Positions 20,058 through 30,054 are shown, counted from the first letter of the stretch. The stretch: DNA of 32,000 nt from Candidatus Baldrarchaeota archaeon (GCA_019056805.1 DXJG01000002.1:523103-555102); one strand, 5' to 3'. Notes: generated by a model not told the origin, from the sequence alone. Translations and numbers: made by a program.

Positions 20058-20786
20058 ATGTTGAATGAGAAGGTTAGAACTGGAATTAATGGTCTTGACG
20101 AGTTGCTCGGAGGTGGAATACCAAAGGGATCAACAGTTCTTATTACAGGGGAAGCAGGAACAGGGAAAACAACTCTAGCAGTGCAATATATAGTAAATGG
20201 AATAAAAATGTTCAATGAAAAAGGTCTCATAGTAGTAGCTGGAGAAGATGTCGAAACATTACAAAAATTTATGCTACAATTTGGATGGGATTTAAGACAA
20301 TTTGAAAAGGAAGGAAAACTCGTATTGATAGATTTGACAAGCGTAAAAATTGGGATACCAGCGGATGTGAGATTCACAGAGTTTCAGCTTACAACAACCG
20401 ACATAAAACAACTGATATCGACAATATATAGGGCAGTAAAGCAAAATAATATAAAAAGAGTAGTAATAGACTCTGTACCCAATTTAGTTACGGAAACAAG
20501 TAGTGTAGAAGATTTAAGAACTGCATTATTAATGCTATGTACCCTACTGGGAAGAATTGGCTGTACAACGTTGATAACAACGGAGATACCTGAGGGAGCA
20601 GAAAAATTAAGCACATATGGAATGGAGGAATTCGTAGCATCAGGAATAATAAAATTGATGTTTAAAAAAGAAGGAAATAGATGGATAAGAAAAATACAAG
20701 TAAGAAAAATGAGAGGAACAAAACACAAATTAGAGGAACATGTATTTGAAATAGGAAAAGAAGGAATAAAAATATCAAACAAGTAA
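20058..20786 (+). CDS. Single-domain KaiC/RAD55-like RecA-superfamily ATPase
   Basis: TGINGLDELLGGGIP, Walker A GEAGTGKT, Walker B VVIDS, LITTE, IQVRKMRGTKH. ATG 20058 follows a GGAGGGG SD. Confidence 0.92.
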   Translation: MLNEKVRTGINGLDELLGGGIPKGSTVLITGEAGTGKTTLAVQYIVNGIKMFNEKGLIVVAGEDVETLQKFMLQFGWDLRQFEKEGKLVLIDLTSVKIGIPADVRFTEFQLTTTDIKQLISTIYRAVKQNNIKRVVIDSVPNLVTETSSVEDLRTALLMLCTLLGRIGCTTLITTEIPEGAEKLSTYGMEEFVASGIIKLMFKKEGNRWIRKIQVRKMRGTKHKLEEHVFEIGKEGIKISNK

Positions 20787-20985
20787 CCTAAAATATTGAA
20801 CTTTATTTTTATCTATAAAATGAAATCTAAGATGCAAACTTCATAATAACGCATTAAAATTCTCTATTTTAGTTATAGGGGTAGAAGAAAAACGAAACAA
20901 AAATAGTAATATTTATAACTACAAATAAGAATATTCCTTCTAACAAGATTTATGGCTATTCCATGTAGAATTTAGGTGTTTAACT

Positions 20986-21711
20986 TTGGGAATATTTGAC
21001 GAGTTATATTTTTGGCTTGAAAGTCTCATATCTATCAATCCTTGGATATCTGCTACATTAATAGGATTTTTCAGTTCATTTGGAGTCTTCTTTTCCTTCG
21101 CACCCTCAATTGTACTATTCATAATTCTTTTTGCGCAGGGATACAACCCCTTATTCATTTCCATATGTGCAGGATTTGGATCTATGATGGGAGAATTGGC
21201 AAGCTACTACCTAGGCTACGTTGGTAAAAAAACCATAGATATTGCTTCAAACAAATTTTCCACAGACATAGAACTTTCACCGAAAATGAAAGACTTCTTC
21301 GCATGGCTAGATAAAGTACTTTACACCATGGGAGAAGAAACGGTCTTCATATTTTCATTAACTCCTCTACCAGATGATCTACTTCTCATCTATTTAGGAG
21401 CCAAAAAATACCCACTACAAAAAATAATTATACCATGCTGGATAGGGAAAACAGGACTTATAGGAATTTACTCCATATTAGGAACAATAGGAGCAAACAT
21501 ACTTCTAACAATGGGCGAAGGATTCCTCGTAACAGCCTCCATAATTATCTCCATAGTATCTCTAGGTATAACCTACCTCGTTCTTAAAAAAGATATTACA
21601 GGAAACCCAGAAAAACTTGTAAAAAAGGTAAAAAAACTAAGAATACTTGCAACAGCAATAATAATAGCAATAATACACCTCTTATTGGGCAAAGATAACT
21701 CAGGTGACTAA
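20986..21711 (+). CDS. DedA/VTT (SNARE-associated Golgi protein) family membrane protein
   Basis: GFGSMMGELASYYLG and FIFSLTPLPDDLLLIYLG motifs in a hydrophobic protein. TTG start after AGGTG. Confidence 0.82.
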   Translation: MGIFDELYFWLESLISINPWISATLIGFFSSFGVFFSFAPSIVLFIILFAQGYNPLFISICAGFGSMMGELASYYLGYVGKKTIDIASNKFSTDIELSPKMKDFFAWLDKVLYTMGEETVFIFSLTPLPDDLLLIYLGAKKYPLQKIIIPCWIGKTGLIGIYSILGTIGANILLTMGEGFLVTASIIISIVSLGITYLVLKKDITGNPEKLVKKVKKLRILATAIIIAIIHLLLGKDNSGD

Positions 21712-21713
21712 CA

Positions 21714-22559
21714 TTATCCAACACTTTTCATTTTCTTTTGTATAATTTTTCTAAAACCATACCATAAGCCGATAGCAGCAAAAAACATACCTACTAAACC
21801 AAATAGTAATCTTATAGTATTCACTAAGTCAAATACAAAGCCTAAAACTAAGATAAATACTGGTAATGAAAAAAGTATAAACCCTAAAGCGAAAAAGAAT
21901 ATGCCAAGTCGATAGAAATTATAACCGTAAAAAATTCCAGCAACAAAAAAGAAAACTCCGGAGAAAAACAAGAATAAAAGAAAATTAGCTACCAGTTTGG
22001 GGAGTTCAGAAACACCTAAAATACTCAAAAACCTCGTAATAACCTTAAACTCAGTCAAAGAACCAGATAAATTAACTAAAGTTCCTGCAATCATACCTAA
22101 AATAAAACCTAAAGGATCATTAACCAAAGCAAAAAACGCAAAAACACTAGCAAATAAAAGCAAAGCAAAATCGAATCCAATATATACAAGCCCACTAAAA
22201 CTAGATTTCAAAAGTGACAATTTAACAGCTGGACCAGAAGCAATCAAAGTCATAGTAAGATTAAACACACTCACCCCACTACCCAAAGAAACAAAAAAAC
22301 TAGCAATAAATCTCGGAGCCTTAACAAAATGTAAAAAACCACCAAAAATAACAGTAACACCGCCAAAAAACGCAAGCCAAACAACAATATTACCAATAAA
22401 CCTAGAAACTTCAAGAGGCAAAAGACCCGCCTCAGTAGCTTCAATAATCAATCTAAGTAATCCTCCAGCTCTACCACGAAACCCCCCAATAAGCATCAAA
22501 ATACCAGCAACCACAGCAAACAAACCTTGACGCAACCGAACCTTAGATTCATCATTCAA
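21714..22559 (-). CDS. Hypothetical multi-pass membrane protein, apparently two repeated halves
   Basis: About 8 hydrophobic segments. Likely TTG start at 22559 after a GGGGTG SD (ORF track start 22688). Confidence 0.6.
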   Translation of the reverse strand: MNDESKVRLRQGLFAVVAGILMLIGGFRGRAGGLLRLIIEATEAGLLPLEVSRFIGNIVVWLAFFGGVTVIFGGFLHFVKAPRFIASFFVSLGSGVSVFNLTMTLIASGPAVKLSLLKSSFSGLVYIGFDFALLLFASVFAFFALVNDPLGFILGMIAGTLVNLSGSLTEFKVITRFLSILGVSELPKLVANFLLFLFFSGVFFFVAGIFYGYNFYRLGIFFFALGFILFSLPVFILVLGFVFDLVNTIRLLFGLVGMFFAAIGLWYGFRKIIQKKMKSVG

Positions 22560-22730
22560 ATCAAGCACCCCGCACACTACATACTTTTTTAAAACCAATT
22601 TAATAAAACTTTTGAACAAACTAGCCAACAAACAAGAATTTACACAACACCAACATAAAAGTAAGCAACGAATTTTAACATGCAACACTCTATATCTAAT
22701 TGTAACAACTATTAGACAATGGTGGAGAAA

Positions 22731-23072
22731 ATGAAGATATTTAATTACCGTGAAGTTGAAGCTGAAAAGGTAACGGAAGAAGGCGCTAAAGGAACAACAG
22801 TTAGATGGCTTATCGATGAAAAAATCGGCGCAAAAAACTTCTTCATGAGACTATTCGAAATGGAACCAGGAGGCTATTCTCCACTACACACGCATCCATG
22901 GGAACATGAAGTATTCATTCTAGAAGGCGAAGGAACAGTTGTCAGCAAGGAAGGAGAACACAAAGTTGGCCCCGGGGATGTAATTTACATACCTCCAAAC
23001 GAAAAACATCAACTTAAAAACACAGGGAAAACAACATTCAAATTCCTATGCCTAATCCCCAGCACAAAATAG
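22731..23072 (+). CDS. Cupin domain protein
   Basis: PGGYSPLHTHPWEHEVFILEG and GDVIYIPPNEKHQL are cupin motifs 1 and 2. ATG 22731 after GGTGGAG. Confidence 0.92.
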   Translation: MKIFNYREVEAEKVTEEGAKGTTVRWLIDEKIGAKNFFMRLFEMEPGGYSPLHTHPWEHEVFILEGEGTVVSKEGEHKVGPGDVIYIPPNEKHQLKNTGKTTFKFLCLIPSTK

Positions 23073-23222
23073 CCTAAACAACACTACTCACCAACTTTTT
23101 CTACTCTTTATACTCTATCTTTTAACTCTTAAACAAAAGAAAATTATCCCCTACACATTCCTCTGCTTGTGATTTTTGTTGCAGTTTAAAAATGAGAATT
23201 AAAACATTTTAAGGGTATTAAA

Positions 23223-24407
23223 ATGAAACATAAAACATGCCAACTATGTCTTTTGGACGAAACTTATAGAGATTTTCCAATAGATATAGAAGGAGGACTC
23301 AAATATAAAATTGGAAGCATAAAAATAGAGGAATCAGGACTCTGCAACCTCTGTCACCAATATCAAAAAGAAAAAACAGAATTCCTACAACTCAGAGAAT
23401 CTGCAAGAAGAAACCTACAAAAAATATTCAAAAATATTAAAGGAGACGAATACGATGCGTTGGTTGCTTTAAGTGGAGGAAAAGACAGTACAGCAGCTTT
23501 AATTCTAGCAAAAGAAAAATATAACCTCAACGTTTTAGCCTTCACAATAGATCACGGATTTAAACATAAAGAATGCAAAGAAAACATCGAAAACATAGTA
23601 AACGAGCTTGGAGTAGAACACATAACCTTTAAAATCCCTAAAACACTTACACAAAAAGTTTTCTACTTCTCAATAAAAGTTGGAGACCCATGTGCTATAT
23701 GTCAAAGATTGATTAACCCACCAATAATGGCAAAAATACAGCTAAAACATAACATAAAAGTTAGAATTTTAGGCATGGACTTAGCACAAACCTACTACCA
23801 ATACTACAAACCCTTAAAATACTGGAAAAATCTACTAGGAATAGAAAACCCATTCATATATAGCATAAAACAAGCGGATCCAAAAATATATGAAAAACGA
23901 AGCAAACAATACATACAAGAACTACTAAACGATATAAAATCACAACACCAAGCAAAAATAAAACAAGAACTACAAAAAATAATGAAAGCAATTCAAAAAT
24001 ACTGGCTAAAAGAAAAAGAAATAGAAGAATTCACAAAAAACAACATAACAATACACCTAAAAGCAATAGAAATCTCAAACAGAAACATACAAGAAAAAAT
24101 ACTCAGAAAACACGGCTTTAAATTTCCTGAAATATCTGAAGCATCCGCAACAGACTGCAAGATATCAGCACTCGCTCACAACATTCACACAGAAAAACTA
24201 GAAAAAACATTATTGTCACAAGAAATCAGAGTAGGCCTAATAACAAAACAAAAAGCACTAGAAAAACTTCACAAAAAACCAAATATCCACGAACTCAAAC
24301 AAATATTAAAAGAACTAAACATAAAAAGAATAGAAAACATCAGAAAAAGCGAAAAATTCTACGAAATATACGACAAAAATATAATACAACAAATAAACTC
24401 CACATAA
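23223..24407 (+). CDS. PP-loop N-type ATP pyrophosphatase (N-acetyl sugar amidotransferase/WbuX-like)
   Basis: CQLCLL, CNLC, DALVALSGGKDS, LAFTIDHGF and CAICQ. The C-terminal half is Lys/Ile-rich and divergent. Confidence 0.72.
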   Translation: MKHKTCQLCLLDETYRDFPIDIEGGLKYKIGSIKIEESGLCNLCHQYQKEKTEFLQLRESARRNLQKIFKNIKGDEYDALVALSGGKDSTAALILAKEKYNLNVLAFTIDHGFKHKECKENIENIVNELGVEHITFKIPKTLTQKVFYFSIKVGDPCAICQRLINPPIMAKIQLKHNIKVRILGMDLAQTYYQYYKPLKYWKNLLGIENPFIYSIKQADPKIYEKRSKQYIQELLNDIKSQHQAKIKQELQKIMKAIQKYWLKEKEIEEFTKNNITIHLKAIEISNRNIQEKILRKHGFKFPEISEASATDCKISALAHNIHTEKLEKTLLSQEIRVGLITKQKALEKLHKKPNIHELKQILKELNIKRIENIRKSEKFYEIYDKNIIQQINST

Positions 24408-24511
24408 ATATCAACAATTTCCAAAACTCACCAAACACAAGATTATTCTCAATGGAACCACTAAACCTGAAAAATAAAATAGACAAGAGATATCAAATAA
24501 AAAGGATTTGC

Positions 24512-24808
24512 TTAAAATGGCCATGGCCATCTTTCCTGTCTAGAATATAACAAAGCCTTTCTCTTTTCCGCAATAGCCTCGCACTTAGAACATATTTTTA
24601 CACCAGGAGGTACAGGGGCTCCACAGTAAAGACAATATCCACTCTTCTTCTTAACAGCACGACTACTTCTTTCAGCAATCTCACATGAAATAATAACAGC
24701 GATTCCTAACACATCTATAAGCAAAAACCCTATGTAACCAATAGTAAACCACAAATAGAATCCCAAAAACATAGTTAAAATTCCAACAATTAGAAATTCT
24801 TTTTCCAA
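24512..24808 (-). CDS. Small membrane protein with a C-terminal zinc ribbon
   Basis: Two hydrophobic helices, then YCLYCG..ICSKC. TTG start with a GGAGG/GGTGG SD. Confidence 0.7.
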   Translation of the reverse strand: MEKEFLIVGILTMFLGFYLWFTIGYIGFLLIDVLGIAVIISCEIAERSSRAVKKKSGYCLYCGAPVPPGVKICSKCEAIAEKRKALLYSRQERWPWPF

Positions 24809-24951
24809 CTATCCCACCTACCTCCCAAGCAAATTATTTCCTTAATCTTCATAGCATGGCATGAGCCCAGAACAAATACTTTATTTAAACTTAAATAAAT
24901 GGGATCAGCCATTCTTCCAACTCTAATATAAAATTAATCGACAAAATATTA

Positions 24952-25758
24952 TTAACCTTTCGTTTCCTTTAGTTTTTCTCCAAGTTTCTTAAAAGCCTCT
25001 GGGAACACTGGTTGATACCGCATGTAAAACGGTGTTGGATACCGCATCACCTTTCTCTCAAATATACTTTTAACACCATTCATCACATCGCGAAGCATAT
25101 TTGCCGGAACAGCAACAATGACCTCATAATCCTCCGTAGCCGCAAAAATCTTATCTCCCTCATCAGGCAAAACAAAATTAAACTTCTGAGACAAATAAGT
25201 TTGAATCACACCATGAGCACAAGAAGCATGCCTACCAGTATACTGAACATCTATCGCTCCACCCACATTATACAAATACCCGTGAACAAGTATAAACGCC
25301 TGAGTAGGATTACCATAAACCAGCACAACATCAGGCTCAATTTTCGTCCTATTCAACGGAGAAGTAACAATACCCTGACATTCCCCAGTCTCAAGCTTAC
25401 AATTCTCAACAGTAAACTTAGCACCCTTTAAAGCGGCTTCACGATCCTTAAAGAAACCAGCCTCCAAAAGAAAATCAACCAAAATATCCTCGCTATCTAA
25501 GGAAGCCCAACCATACAAGAAACGAGCAAAATTACAAGCACATTCATCCTTAGAAACACCCATAGTCCACCCATATCTCCTAGACATACCAAAAGCCTGA
25601 CACAAATTTATCTTAAAACCAAACAGATCACGAGGACGCCTAACATTCCCAGGAAACTCTTCGTCACCCCTAATCAACTTAACAGCTACAGGATAAGTTT
25701 CAAGCCTCAAAACATCCATAAGATCAGAACCAATACCCCTCCACTCATCCAAACTCAT
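24952..25758 (-). CDS. DUF169 family protein
   Basis: YPVAVKL, LCQAFGMSRRYG, conserved Cys in ECAC and ASCAHG, PDVVLVYGNP. GGAGG SD. Confidence 0.8.
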   Translation of the reverse strand: MSLDEWRGIGSDLMDVLRLETYPVAVKLIRGDEEFPGNVRRPRDLFGFKINLCQAFGMSRRYGWTMGVSKDECACNFARFLYGWASLDSEDILVDFLLEAGFFKDREAALKGAKFTVENCKLETGECQGIVTSPLNRTKIEPDVVLVYGNPTQAFILVHGYLYNVGGAIDVQYTGRHASCAHGVIQTYLSQKFNFVLPDEGDKIFAATEDYEVIVAVPANMLRDVMNGVKSIFERKVMRYPTPFYMRYQPVFPEAFKKLGEKLKETKG

Positions 25759-25910
25759 TTACATCAACCTCCAAATAACAATATACACTTTTCAACCCAA
25801 CAACTGTAGTAAATTTAACTAACAACTAACATATTAAATCTTTCCAAAAATCCACAATTACCTAAATTTAATCAAAATAACATAAAAACCTTGCAAATAA
25901 ACCCTAACCC

Positions 25911-26957
25911 TCAACCTTCCCCAAGCCTGGGAGCTTTCCCTGCTCTTCTAACAACATAATTCGAAAATTTCACTGGAAAAGAAACACATCTATAAAACTT
26001 CCCCTTATATTCCACCCTACCAATAATCCCCCTCTTCTCAACAATCTTTGCTCCCTCTTCAACACTATTAACAACACCAAAAGGAACATTAGCAGCCTTC
26101 AACAATTCAAAAACCTCCCTCGTACTCATATCTTTCAACCTATCCTGAATAGCATTCCTAATCTCCTCATATCTCTCCATCCTCTCCCGATAACCCAAAT
26201 CACCAAAATCCAGCTCCAAAGCTTTACAAAGATTTCTCCAAAAGTGAGGTTCCCCCAAAATCCCCAAAGAAATGTAACTGTCCCTAGTTCTATAAATCCC
26301 ATAACCAGGATTTCTAATAAAATCTCGAACATCGCCAAGACCATTCAAAATATGAGCAGTATGAACAGGAATAGCAGCGAACGCAGAATCTAACATATTA
26401 ACATCAATATACGTACCTTCACCAGTTCTAAGCTTACGAACATAAGCAGCCAAAATAGAAATAGCCGCGTAAACAGCAGCAGCAAAATCAGAAAGCTGAA
26501 CATTAGGATCCTCAGGCCTACCAACCCTCAACCCCGTAACCCTACAAATCCCAGCAAAAGACAAAACATTAATATCATGAACAGGAATATCCCTAAACTC
26601 CGAATCCTGACCAAAACCAGAAACAGAACAATAAATAATAGAAGAATTCACCTTTCTAACACTATCATAATCAACACCAAGCTTCCTAGCAACACCAGGT
26701 CTAAACCCTTCAACAACAACATCAACCTCTTTAACAAGCTCCAAAAACCTCTCCTTACCCTTCTCTTTCTTCAAATCAATAACAACACTCTTCTTATTCC
26801 TATTAAACACAGCAAACAACACATCATAAAACCTCAACGGCTCACCAAAAGGAGGCTCAACCTTAATAACCTCAGCTCCAAGATCACTAAGAATCTGAGT
26901 ACAAAACGGACCAATATAAAACTGCGCTAACTCCAAAACCCTCATACCCTCAAGCAT
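25911..26957 (-). CDS. CoA-transferase family III (CaiB/BaiF)
   Basis: LEGMRVLEL..GPF..LSDLGAEVIKVEP, NRNKKSVVIDLK, VEGFRPGV, IIYCSVSGFGQ, catalytic Asp in LSDFAA, and APRLGE. Likely start is ATG 26957. Confidence 0.92.
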   Translation of the reverse strand: MLEGMRVLELAQFYIGPFCTQILSDLGAEVIKVEPPFGEPLRFYDVLFAVFNRNKKSVVIDLKKEKGKERFLELVKEVDVVVEGFRPGVARKLGVDYDSVRKVNSSIIYCSVSGFGQDSEFRDIPVHDINVLSFAGICRVTGLRVGRPEDPNVQLSDFAAAVYAAISILAAYVRKLRTGEGTYIDVNMLDSAFAAIPVHTAHILNGLGDVRDFIRNPGYGIYRTRDSYISLGILGEPHFWRNLCKALELDFGDLGYRERMERYEEIRNAIQDRLKDMSTREVFELLKAANVPFGVVNSVEEGAKIVEKRGIIGRVEYKGKFYRCVSFPVKFSNYVVRRAGKAPRLGEG

Positions 26958-27238
26958 AAAATAACTACGCACCCACCAACATTATAAAGATTTCTCACAC
27001 TCCCCCATCAAACTCGTCAACCAAACCCTCACCAAAACGAAAACACAACAAAGCAACCAATAAGAAAACACATATTCCCCAAAATTCCATCAACCCACCT
27101 CCGAAACCCAAAACCTAAACATAACTAAAACACTAAGCCCACCCACATATAACTTAAATAAAACTTCAATATATCTAAATGTAAAACTATAACAAACCTA
27201 AATTCAACTATCCAACCCTCTACAACTTGGTGGCACCG

Positions 27239-27859
27239 ATGGCAATAGACATCGAAAAAACCATAAAAGAAGCACTAAGAAACCTACCACCAGGCATAAA
27301 AGCAGCTGTAATCACTAGAGACGGTCAACCAATCTACACAGAAATCGAACCAAAAACCCTAAAACAAATATTAAAAATCTACAAAAAACACAGAAAAATA
27401 CAAGTAAACGACTACGAATCAGACCAACTAGACGAAAACAACCTCGTATTCTACGCACTATCCACAGACCGCATATTCATAGCCCTATCACCTCTATCAG
27501 TACCAGAAATAATAGTACACAGCAGAAAAACAATCCAACAACTACAACAAACCCTAAACAAACTACTAAAAAACTACCTCAACCAAATAAGCCAAGAAAT
27601 AAACGAAGAAACAAAACAAAAATACAACACAATATACACCATATCCCCAAAATACAAAAACATCGAAGAACTCCTCCCACTAGTTGCATGGATGGGAGAA
27701 ACAACAGCAACAATAGTAGCAAACCTAGACAAAAAACTACCAATATGGCAACTAACACTCCTCCTACAAAAAGCAGGCATAAACATAACCCCCGAACAAA
27801 CACGCCAAATCCTCGAACAACTACGAAAACACGGATACGTAACAACCATAACCAAATAA
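27239..27859 (+). CDS. Hypothetical protein: roadblock/longin-like N-terminal domain plus C-terminal winged helix
   Basis: N-terminal IKAAVITRDGQPIYTE resembles roadblock/longin starts. The C-terminal LPIWQLTLLL..ITPEQTRQILEQLRKHGYVT has a winged-helix pattern. ATG 27239 after GGTGG. Confidence 0.55.
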   Translation: MAIDIEKTIKEALRNLPPGIKAAVITRDGQPIYTEIEPKTLKQILKIYKKHRKIQVNDYESDQLDENNLVFYALSTDRIFIALSPLSVPEIIVHSRKTIQQLQQTLNKLLKNYLNQISQEINEETKQKYNTIYTISPKYKNIEELLPLVAWMGETTATIVANLDKKLPIWQLTLLLQKAGINITPEQTRQILEQLRKHGYVTTITK

Positions 27860-28394
27860 CACAAAACAAATCTACATCCAAAACCTCCAAATAGTCAAAC
27901 AAACCCATAAAAACTATATCGACACTTTTATCCCTCCCTTATAAGGACCTCTTTTTGCGAGTAGGTGTATTTTCGTTTTGTTCTTATTTTGATGATTTGT
28001 ATGAGTGCGTAAATATCTGTGGATGCTTTTTCGAAGATTTTTACGTGCCGACTAAAAACTTTTTTAAAACAGGCAAACAGGAAACGTCAGCAGGCAATTG
28101 ATGTAATAATGTTGGAAACAATAACAATGTACCGGTTTGAACGCATCTGCATCTTTGTGGCAGATTTATGTTTTTTATCGGATTAAACTAGTAGCCTTTT
28201 TACATTTATAATAGATATTATAGCAAAAATTAAGCAAAATATATACGTATATCCACAATACAGTTGAAACAACTCATCCTAGGACAATCCCTTCCTCATA
28301 TGGTAGCATAATTAATGTGTAAATGGTATAACTTCTCAATAATAATCCATTCAAAGTCTTATCGTTTATTAAAGAGAATTGAAAATCAGAAGGT

Positions 28395-29828
28395 CTATGA
28401 GAATTCCCCGAGTATTATGGATTGATCATCAGTTTTTTCAAATTTAAGCGACGTCATACAATGAAATCCCTTAAGATCTATAATATTTTTCCCTTCCTTT
28501 AAATGGTATTTCGTTATTAGAGGTTCTCCCGCTACAGGTAATTCAGTATTATATTCAAAAACTGTTAACTTATTACTTTTTGATGCTATGATTTTTAAAG
28601 AAGCATTTTTGTAACCAGCAAGTGGAAAACCTCCCCACACCTTATCTTTAACTATATTTCCGCGTAAAGTTAAATAGTATGCTGGTGGTCTTCTATCGAT
28701 TATATCATCGTTAAGAACCGTGATTTCTCTATATCCGCTATCCATCGCTATAGGTTTCGCAGTATTAGGGGTTGTATTGCTCGCAACCAAAATTTTTGAT
28801 CCAAACTTTTCAAGCGATGTTATTCTTGCCCCATAAACCCCCACTATCTTTACCATAGGCGGTGATACGAATACTAGAAGAGTGGGCATTACTACAGACC
28901 GCTTTAATCCTAACATATCTGGAAGAGAATTATATGCAGTAAGTAGTCCCCCTCTTACGGGAAGACAATTTGTTCTAAACGGTGAACATTGACTCAAAGG
29001 AAAATCGAAAAGCCTGATAAACGTCATCGCTGATTCTTTCTCCCGCTGTTCTAGGGGATTTCCCATAAATATTCCCCCTTTTACGAAGACAGCAATGTTC
29101 ATGGATGTAGTTCCTATGTTTCCAAGTATTCTTGGGTTTTCTATTCCTGCACCATCCCTAGATGCCTTTTCAGTTCTATCCAGATCTATTTTTAGTACTT
29201 TACCGGAGTTTAAGTCTACACATTGTAGCCCGTTGAAAAATAATCCGCCCTGATTAAAAATAGCATGATCTAAGAAAATTGTTCCCTTAATTGCCGCACT
29301 ATTCGTTAAAGATGACATTTTTCTGTTATCTAGGTCGTAAGAATATACGCCAAGATTTCTAAACCCATCACCTCTCGCAATGAGTAGTCGATGCTCCATC
29401 TCATCATATAAAATTTCTGACACTTCTCCAGCCCACGTAGTTTTTTGTCGAGCCCCTTCTTTCCAAAGCAACTCTACTTCATCATTAGAGATATCATAAG
29501 CATGTAAATGCGAATATTTTGTAATGAAAGAAAGTTCTCTACGCTCCCTGTTATAGGAGGCTGGTGCATGAACCCAACCACCAAAATATATCTTCTCATC
29601 TATAGCTGTCACAGCATTGTAAGTATCGCCGCCAGATCTTGGAGGACTGCCGACTAAAGAAAAATCATAAATTGTTTCACGACTCTCCGTTAGGAAATGT
29701 GCTTTTGCTTCAAACGCCAAGGTGAAATATAATGTTTTTCGATGATATTTGAGTCCAAAGATCCCTCCAGATCCCCATTCAGGTCCATATCCCGGAATAT
29801 ACCGATGCAGCTTATTTAGAATATTCAT
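28395..29828 (-). CDS. DUF2139 family archaeal protein (probable beta-propeller)
   Basis: Highly characteristic YGPEWGSGGIFGLKYH, YFTLAFEA, SGGDTYNAV and YFGGWVHAP. ATG 29828 after GTGGTGGAG. Confidence 0.8.
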   Translation of the reverse strand: MNILNKLHRYIPGYGPEWGSGGIFGLKYHRKTLYFTLAFEAKAHFLTESRETIYDFSLVGSPPRSGGDTYNAVTAIDEKIYFGGWVHAPASYNRERRELSFITKYSHLHAYDISNDEVELLWKEGARQKTTWAGEVSEILYDEMEHRLLIARGDGFRNLGVYSYDLDNRKMSSLTNSAAIKGTIFLDHAIFNQGGLFFNGLQCVDLNSGKVLKIDLDRTEKASRDGAGIENPRILGNIGTTSMNIAVFVKGGIFMGNPLEQREKESAMTFIRLFDFPLSQCSPFRTNCLPVRGGLLTAYNSLPDMLGLKRSVVMPTLLVFVSPPMVKIVGVYGARITSLEKFGSKILVASNTTPNTAKPIAMDSGYREITVLNDDIIDRRPPAYYLTLRGNIVKDKVWGGFPLAGYKNASLKIIASKSNKLTVFEYNTELPVAGEPLITKYHLKEGKNIIDLKGFHCMTSLKFEKTDDQSIILGEFS

Positions 29829-30054
29829 TAACTCCACCACAACTAATATTATTGCATTTCTACTATTTAGGTTAACATGGTTAGCTACAAATTAGATATC
29901 CGAATGAAATATTAATTGCTGTTTCGTTGCGAAAGAAGGAAGTGCAAGAATTTAAATTATTTAAGATACATGTAAAGAAGGTGTTAGAAGCGTAATATTC
30001 AGACTTTTATTTCAAAATAGCGATGAAATAACATTTTAGATTTGAGGGATTAAA

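Noticed and set aside
20058-20786. Circadian clock KaiC
   Set aside because: Single domain only, with no kaiA/kaiB and no recognisable CII phosphorylation-site context. It fits the generic archaeal KaiC/RAD55-like family.
27860-28394. ORB-like origin boxes (GTTGGAAAC, CAGTTGAAAC, CAGGAAAC)
   Set aside because: Only partial half-site matches without the G-string or repeated spacing, and no cdc6/orc1 nearby. Not enough to annotate oriC.
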